A stretch of DNA of 46,717 bases, filler included, from Catajapyx aquilonaris (Eukaryota), in NCBI GenBank assembly GCA_000934665.2. It is 2 parts of 2 records of this genome, joined end to end, with 100 filler letters (N's around TTAATTAATTAA, not from the genome) between each part and the next. Parts side by side here need not be neighbours in the genome. Positions count along the whole stretch, not along the records: positions 22,294 to 46,717 come from JYFJ02005930.1; 1 more part is not named here. One strand, 5' to 3'. The notes under the pieces are model-generated. The model saw only the letters and a list, made by a program, of their open reading frames with translations, did no database searches and was not told the origin of the DNA. The first letter of the stretch is position 1. Each line of letters starts with the position of its first letter. Both the position numbers and the translations under genes were made by a program. Below are positions 38,701-46,717 of the stretch, piece after piece.

Positions 38701-41700
38701 CGCCAACACTTAAACGCCACCCAGTAAACGATGTCTTAAGCTTCGGATCAGAGGCTGATGTGCCAATTATTGCACAAGGTTGAATGGATTACACCGCAGT
38801 TTTTACTGACAACGTCCCGTTACCGTCACGTGATACAGCGCGCACACAAAAAAATTGTGTACACAAATTTTCACAATGAAATGGAAATGGTTCAGATTTG
38901 GATGCACATGGCTTCCATCAGAGTTGTGTGGTGGGGGGTAGATTTTTCAGGAGGGGGGGGTCTAAGGAAGTCCCAAAATAGGTTGGTGCCCTCTGGGGCG
39001 TTGACGACCTCTGCCTTTCCAAGTCAAGGGTTGCAACTAACCTTTTGTTTCCGCCCTCGCAGTTGTTGTCAGATTCACTATGTACAATAAGTAATTGCAC
39101 CAAGAAGTATTGACTAAAAATGAACCAATCTGGATGGATGGAAAGGGGGGGCGAAATAATTAATAGTGCTCTGCCCAAACTGGATTTTCTTCTCTGCTTT
39201 TCAAATGCTTAAAAGAGAAGCCACGTCCCTCTCCCCTACCCTCCATTTTTTTTCTCTCTCTCTCTCTCTCTTTCCTTTCCATCACAATATCTTCTCCCCT
39301 AACCCCCTACTTGCCAAATCGTTCCTCTTCTCAAATGGCGAGGGGGAAGGGAGAATAAGAACGTCTCCCCCCCCCCCTCAAAAAAAAATCGCAATCTGAG
39401 CTCAATGGAGGGACTGACACCAAGTTCTTTTGGTTGATAAAAAACTTTTCTTATAAACTTACGTAAACCTAATATCTCGTGGTGTCGACGCAGCTTTATT
39501 CGAGCATGGAAGAGAGAGAAAAAAATGTATATATGAAATCACATTTGCATTGCGACAATGTGCAATTAGCGATATTGTTGCCAAATTGCTAATACGGTTC
39601 GCGTGTAACGAGTGTATGAAAATGTAAGTTGTTACCTGCAGGAAGAAAAATACTGGGAAGGCTATTGTGCGAAAAAAATGGGCATGGGTAAATATTTCGC
39701 AATCGCCTTTGTTCACACGGTCACTTTCTACCAGACGTGGCAACTGCGCCCACAATTATGTACAGTAGAAAATGCGGCTGCATCTGCCTATACATCGGAC
39801 ATTTTAAAAGGCACAATAAGCAGTTATGTAATCTCGTCAATGCCAAATATTCATCTGCATGTTGTTATTTATTTGCACCTGAAGCTATTGTTATAATTGA
39901 TATCGCGTGGCGAAGTGGACATTTCGTAACGTGTATCATCAGTCTACTTCTCTTTTTTTATATTCTTTCTACAGTGCTCTTTACTTGTTTTTTTCTGCGC
40001 GCCATTCACTTCCTCCAATCCATGATTGAGATCGCACAACGTTGCCAAACATCCAGTTCCCCTTTGTCAACTCCGTCAACTCGGGCCAATTACTCACGCC
40101 CTCTTAATGCGTTTCCCAAGGCCATCTATCCCGGCATTAGTAGTAATTTCGCAAAAGCATAACATTACCAGCGTCACGTCTTATTTTTAGCGATATTGTG
40201 CCGATTGCAGCATTTACACTATTTTTTTTTTTTTGTTGCTTCGAGTGCTATCGAGTGGAGAAGTCAAAAACGTGGCACAGATGCAAAGGTGACGTCACCA
40301 AGCTTGTTTCACCGAATATTTTAGCCACGAATGAATTCCTACCAACACGCCTCGGTTATATATACGTAGATGCCTCCTCTCTTTTTTTTCTCTTTCTTTT
40401 CATTATTATTCCCCGACTTGCTTCTGATCGTTCCCATTGCCAAGAATGCGAAAATCGAGTCTCGCAATCGATTGGCCGAGATTTTTCTTTTCTTTTCTTT
40501 CTTACCCCGGCCGCTTGCTTCCCAAACGAACGTTATCCGACGCGTGAAGTGTATCAAGCGCTACATTATATGGATTCCACCTATACAGTATAGAGAAAAA
40601 GGAAAATGGCCTTCGACGTCCCCTCGACTCAAGTCACGGTCACGTGGTATTCATCAGGCTTCTCCTGGAACCCCAACCTACACAAGCTGCCCCTTTCACT
40701 ACCCAACACGAAAGAAGAAAAAAAAAAAAGGAAACGCCATCCAAATATTTCAGACCGCACCAAATACACACAGCAAAAATTGCAACAAAAATTTCAAGAT
40801 GACCTTGAAAAAACGCACATACCACGCCTGCCTCCCACAAACCGGACGTCTTTGGCCATAAAAATAATATCTATCAGCACCCATAGTTGCCAAACTGCCC
40901 CGACAAAATAAATCCCAGATGGGGTCAGCCTAATTACGGTTTTATTTTTGAGGGGTCCAAGAGGGCCACTGTTATCGGTAACCGAAATGGTTTCCCTTGG
41001 ACCCCCCCTCCTTATTTCCACGCCCCCCTCTCCCCTCCAGGGGGATTGGAAAGCTCAAAAACCTGATCCTCTCCTCTTGACGTGCAGTAAAGCCAGCTTC
41101 ACATTCACACCAACCATCATGCATCCTAAAAATGGACCCATCCTTTTTTTTAAAAAAAGTTTAACAAAAAAATATATTCGGCTTGCCAACCAAATATTTT
41201 TGGACATTGCCAATCGGATTGCGATTGTTATCTGTGCAATGCAATCCGCTTTGTGCGCGCGTTTTATGACTCGACGTAACAAGCGGGTCAACAACCCGTA
41301 CGTGTCATATCTCCCTCAACTTGGGCCGCGGATATCTCGCTTGTTCTGTGTGTGTGGTTTGACACTTGGCACATTTAAGCTCCAGATATGAAGCAGTCCC
41401 CCCCCCCTCAAGCCGGACAAAAAGAAAAATTCGATGAATGCTAACCATCCGGTATTTTTACTCCGATAATTCTCTGCATTGTCACCGGATCGTCGAGTGA
41501 TGTCGCAACCGTTTTGCAAAGGGCATCATCCTTATAATGGGGACATTTCACGTATGCTCAGTGAGGAACTATATATTTTCTGCTTACTACATTTTTTTTT
41601 TAAAGGACCAGGTCAGTCACACTTCTTCAAAATGTATGAATCATCACATTTTTTCACTTCCTCTCTCGAATAACTATGCACATTTTTTTTTTCAATGGCG

Positions 41701-44700
41701 AATAATTCCCCCCCTACAAACGAGGCGTCATAATCGTTCAGTGCCACCCATCTCAAAAATATTGTCAAGGCCTGTTCATGCGTCCAGTTGGATGGTAGTG
41801 ACAGCAACGTTGTTTCACCATGTCGAGGGAAGGGAACACGCAAAATACGGGGGTCCCCCCTCAGAGATTCAGTTCCGGTTCGGTGCAACCTGATTCCTCC
41901 TCAACCTCAATCCTACGCTCCCTTTCTTTCACATGGGTAGGTATTTCAGTTTTGTCAAACTGTACTCGTCACCAGGTCCAGAAAAGTGGCAAAAATGTGT
42001 TCCCAATTCCGACGGTTTAATTCCCATGCCCACACAATGGATACTGTGTGCCACACCCAATTGTTTAATTATTCCAGCGTTCAACTATTGACCGAAGCAT
42101 CTTTTTTTTTCTCTCTCCAGTGTGTACCTACATCATGCAAATGGAGTTATATCCAAAAGTGGGGCAGATGTAAACAAAGTATAAAACGGGGGTGGTCGGG
42201 TGGTGAAGAAAATTGAGGATGGCGGAACGTGAAAAGCCCCTCCCATCATCCCATTGCGTCTGCGCTATCTGCAAATAAACTCTCCAGCAATGTCCTCTCC
42301 CATTCGAGAAACACGGTGTCAAAATATTACCCTTTTTGCTTAAAAAAAAGTCGCCAAAATAATTGTGGTGTCAAGTGGCAACTTTTTTTTTCTTTTTACA
42401 GTTCATTCCGTTCGAAGCAGGAGAATCTTGTGGAGGGGTAGTAAAAGCCATTTGTATCCCTTGGGAGAATATAGGGGGGGAGGGTTAGGTTCAAGGAGTG
42501 GTCGGGGGGGTAGCCTCCAGGCAGGTCCGGATTGGAATTTGAGCCTTTCGGGGGTTGGTAAGCGGCCGAAAAGGAGATGACGCCAGGAAAAGGGTACTTG
42601 TAAAAAGGTCGCCGAGACAAAGTAATTTACTTGCTCTCCAGCAATAAAAGTTGTCAGGGACAAAAGCCACTGCATTTCCCAATTCTTTCAACAGTCAAAA
42701 CCGGTACGTCAAAATCAAAGAAAGGTCGCTAGAAACAACCGTAGTAATGGCAAAACCGAACGCAAACAACAACAACAAAAATACAGTGTGTAACAAAAAG
42801 TCACACTGCTCTTGACATTCGAGTGTGGCAGTAGCCGTTGTAAAGTCCATTTATGGCCTAATTGAATGAGGGGAAGTCGTAAGGCCCTCAAGGATACGTC
42901 CTCCCGATTGTCAGGGCTGCCAACACAATTTCAGAGCAAAAACACCAAATTGAATCCGCCAGTGAAAAAATTATTTGCCACACTTGAACATTTACTAACC
43001 TCCCGCTGCATTCCTGACCCCGTCGCCATAACCACCTGGTAATTAATTAACCAACAAATTAACGCCCGTCACACTTTCACCTGACAAGCTGACGAACAAT
43101 TGCGCTACATCAATATCTCTCTTTTTCGCCTTACATCCTCCCAATCTTTACACCTTCTCCAAAAAAATTCTTTCTTCCCCCCCCTTAGGTGACATCTCAG
43201 TACAATCCTTCTCTGAAAATTTACTGCGTCCATTTCCAGCGAATTTATGAGCTAGGGGGGACCCTTTGGAAAGGGGGGACTTCGGGAGTTTTGTGAACAG
43301 GGGAAGGGGGGGTTCCATTACCAGTCCCACCCCTCTGGCACCCCCCCTCCCATCTTCAAAGCGTCCAAAGCTTCTCTTTTGGGACATGCGTTCTAAGCCG
43401 GGGTTAGTTCCCCGATTCGGAGATTAGACAACACCGGAATGTTCTCAAGAGTTGCTTTCTTTATTTTAACGACGTGCTCGCAAAACTGGCGACTTTTGCC
43501 AACAGGACCGAACATGACAAACTCTATAGTTATGACACATTTTCCACCCCCAGAAAAACCAACGTGAGATCAAAACATCAATTTTCCTACATACATCTTC
43601 GGCGAAGGATATTTTTTTTTTGCGAAAATACTAGCATAGGGGGTAGGGGATTTTGAAACTGTTTGCTAATTTAACGCGCCCAAATAAGTTTCAAATTACG
43701 GCTGCAGCTTTCATTTGCATACGCTCATGATTAATTTTCCAGGAGCGGTTTTTCAGGGTACAGGGCGCGGCTTTTGTTTGAAGTTTCTTGGTGCTTTTAC
43801 ATCATTGGGAGTAGGGGGGGTATTTCCCCTAGAAAAAAAAAAGTTATTTTCCCAGGAACTGTACACCGGGTATGTAAGCAAAATTATGGCGTCAACATGA
43901 CTCAATTTGCACCCATGCAAAAGCAAGCATTTTCAATTCCTTTTTCTAGAACCAGAAAGCAATTGGACTGTCAGTCAAGAATGACCTGTGCCACTCGGTG
44001 ACCTCATTTTGTATAAGGATGCGTGCGTTTTAAAAAAACGTAACTGTACTTGAGAGGGGGGGGGGGAAGTCCGCAAACTGTATCTTAGCTCAACTATTTC
44101 GTGAATAAATAAACACCCCCAGACTTTTTATCCGTCACTTGATCTTTCATTTAACGTCGCATTAAAAAATAAAGCTAGGGTCCAATTATTTTAGATCCAA
44201 TAACCTTCTTATTTCCAATTCCCATTTTCCACTTATGGGGGGGGGAGGTTTGACAAAAATCCCAACTGTAAACAAGCTGTCCCACGTTCTCTCTCTCTTT
44301 TTTCCTTTGAAATGAGTCAACTCAGTACGGTCGTGAGTGACACGGATTATCCTAATCAGTCAATCGAATCAAGTTCGCAGATGACGAAAAGAGAATTAAA
44401 CTTGGGAAGGAAATCGATAAGGCGAGAAGTAGAGCTATAATATTTGCTTCCGGAGAATATTCCTCTGTAATTTTATTTTACATGCGTTAAATACTAGCTA
44501 TAGGAGGGGGGTTACTAATTCCTTTTGATATGTTGTTATCGTGATATGCCTTTGGTGTGACAACAGTTAAAAACCCGATCGAATAACCTCTTCAACGTCA
44601 GTGTTACATTAATCTCCCCCCTCCGCTATACCCCAACCCCCTCTATTCCTCCGGTCGGCAGCAATCAGTCACTGTCAAGTGCAATAGTCCGCCATGCAAG

Positions 44701-46717
44701 ACCCACTTTGGCCATTCATGCCCACCCTACCCTCCACCATACCGTCATGACGTCGTCCTTTAATTTGGCGTCCGTTGTTTCCCCCTTTTTGCTTCCAGAT
44801 TAATAAATCCAACAGTGTCGAAAAGCGATCTGGATAGCACCGGGAACACTGTATACCATGGAGGTTGAATAACCCCGTGTCCGAAATATTGGATTTCTGT
44901 CGTCCCACAAAACCCATAATAGAGAAGCTTCAACGACCAGGAATTTTCTCCCATGTTTACTTGTTTATTTTTTCAATTTTTTCTATACCAACCCACCTTC
45001 ACACACTTAACCATCCCATTCGAATCTGTCACGTTAGTCCTGTCACTCATTCGCCATTTTTTTGTGTAAATTAATTATGCATTAAATGGCGGCGGTCGTT
45101 GTTGGAATTTAATTGTGCAGGAAATAGTGCAGTCCTCTTTTTTTATGCCGAGGTTTTGCTGTCTAGGCCGGTATGAAATGACACTGCGCTGGAAGGAATT
45201 AGTGCGCATAATTACAGAGCATGAGTACCATTGTCGTCAGTACTAGCCAGGGAAGTGTGAGAGAGGATGAGAGAGGGGGGTGGCCTGGAGGGGGGGTTAC
45301 AGAGTGGAGTACTGTACAGTGTGAAAGAAGGAAAAAAAAACTGAAATCACGCTGGACTTCAAATCGCCCGTTTTTGAAGCGCATAATTAATTCCCTCACA
45401 TCCACCCCAATAGGGATATAATTAAAAATTCATGCAACACTTTCCTAACGAGTGACACCCTTTTCAAGTGCCAACATTGGCGAAAATGTTAATTTTCTCC
45501 AGGTCGTAACTCACATCGTTAGCCTTCACCAGCATAAAATACCAATAAAAAGTCCTTTACAGATGCTGGCCATTTTTTTCCACCTCCCCCCCCCCCTCCT
45601 CCCCCATCGCAGAGTTTTTAATAATCTCTCAGGACCCTTGTGGCCCCCGCAACTTGCTATCTAAACCCCTATTGGATTACATTACGGCAGCGTTGCCACC
45701 ACTTTTATCCTACATAATCAATACTGGGATTGTCCGCATGCCAGTTATCTCTGCGCAAAATGGCAGCTCTTCACTGTACAGACCCCCCAATTTCGGCTCA
45801 ACTAACAAGGATCAAATTTTATTTGTCAATTTTCCCCCCGTTAAACATTTCATAACCCCGGCGGAGTCAAAGTGCACCAACTCTTATGTCGAACAATGTC
45901 TTTAATTGACTCCCAATTTAGTAACCCCCCCCCCCCCTCCGAAAATGTGCGTGTAATGTCAACCCGCAATTTTTGTTCATAAATAATAATAAAAAAAGAG
46001 CAGGGGGAGCGCACCATTTTTTTCTGATGCATAAAATGGCATCGAGGCAATGTCATTTTCCAAAAGCGGTTTTCTTTCTCTGAGGGGGGGGGGAGGCCAT
46101 GTCCGAAATAAATGTCTATATAAAGCTCGAAAATCCCTCACACGCAATGGCCCCCTCGGACTGACAAAATAAAATTTTGTTTCATTACATGGCAGGGAGT
46201 GTGGAATGGAGCCAGCGCATGAGGAATTTTTGTGGCAATGGCAGGGGGTCGTTGTCTGGTTGGTTGGTTGGTTGGGGGGGGGGGAGACAGATAGGATGAG
46301 AAGGTGAGGGGTGTAGGTTATTGATCTGAAGGGTCCGATTAGTAAACCAGCTGGATTGGATTTGCCAATATCCACCCTCATGTGAAATACAATTCATTTA
46401 AAACAACAGTTATTTACCCTCTGGGGGGTGAATGCCATTTAATGAGTCCTGAACTAACTCCAGCAAACTGTAACAGTTTCGTTTTATTTTTTTTATAAAA
46501 AAAAGCGGGCGTCCTCTAATTCGCTAATCTCATCACACGGCGTTTCGTTGCAGACCCGCTCAATATTCATTACACGTGCAACACGGTCCGAATCGCTCCA
46601 CCATTCCATCCAAAATAATGATCCCCCTTTCCCCCACTCATAATAAATAGCGCACACTGCTTTTGAAACTTTTTTTTAAAAAACCTCCAGCTATATCCCC
46701 AATCTTATTTATTTTAA

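Larger units (their letters stand above)
28341..46717 (-). other. Probable large intron of the ARID5 gene (upstream exons outside the window)
   Basis: The most 5' visible exon starts in phase 1 at a strong acceptor and has no in-frame ATG. No ORF or exon resembling the ARID5B N-terminus (GSPCG..G.Y.FY, YFLPE.TP, HGEDEV) was recognised in the remaining 18 kb. Confidence 0.65.

Overview
AT-rich eukaryotic (metazoan, probably arthropod) genomic DNA, mostly non-coding. The one well-supported gene is a spliced minus-strand ARID5/ARID5B-family transcription factor. Five coding exons (28340-28107, 27414-27302, 26749-26572, 26508-26358, 26242-24562) have canonical GT-AG junctions in consistent phase. 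They encode the C-terminal part of the N-terminal BAH-like region, a KGRPRKK basic motif, a complete ARID domain and a long Pro-rich tail. I could not find the 5' exons, so 28341-46717 is most likely one large intron. The left half carries several small non-autonomous mobile elements: a 1.35-kb foldback MITE, a tRNA-headed SINE with target-site duplication and three short TIR elements. It also has micro- and minisatellites. A 100-bp artificial scaffold linker (44 N + TTAATTAATTAA + 44 N) at 22194-22293 means the two halves may not be truly contiguous. I found no clearly novel multi-gene system; the most interesting signals are motif-level features of the ARID5 protein and the architecture of the repeats.
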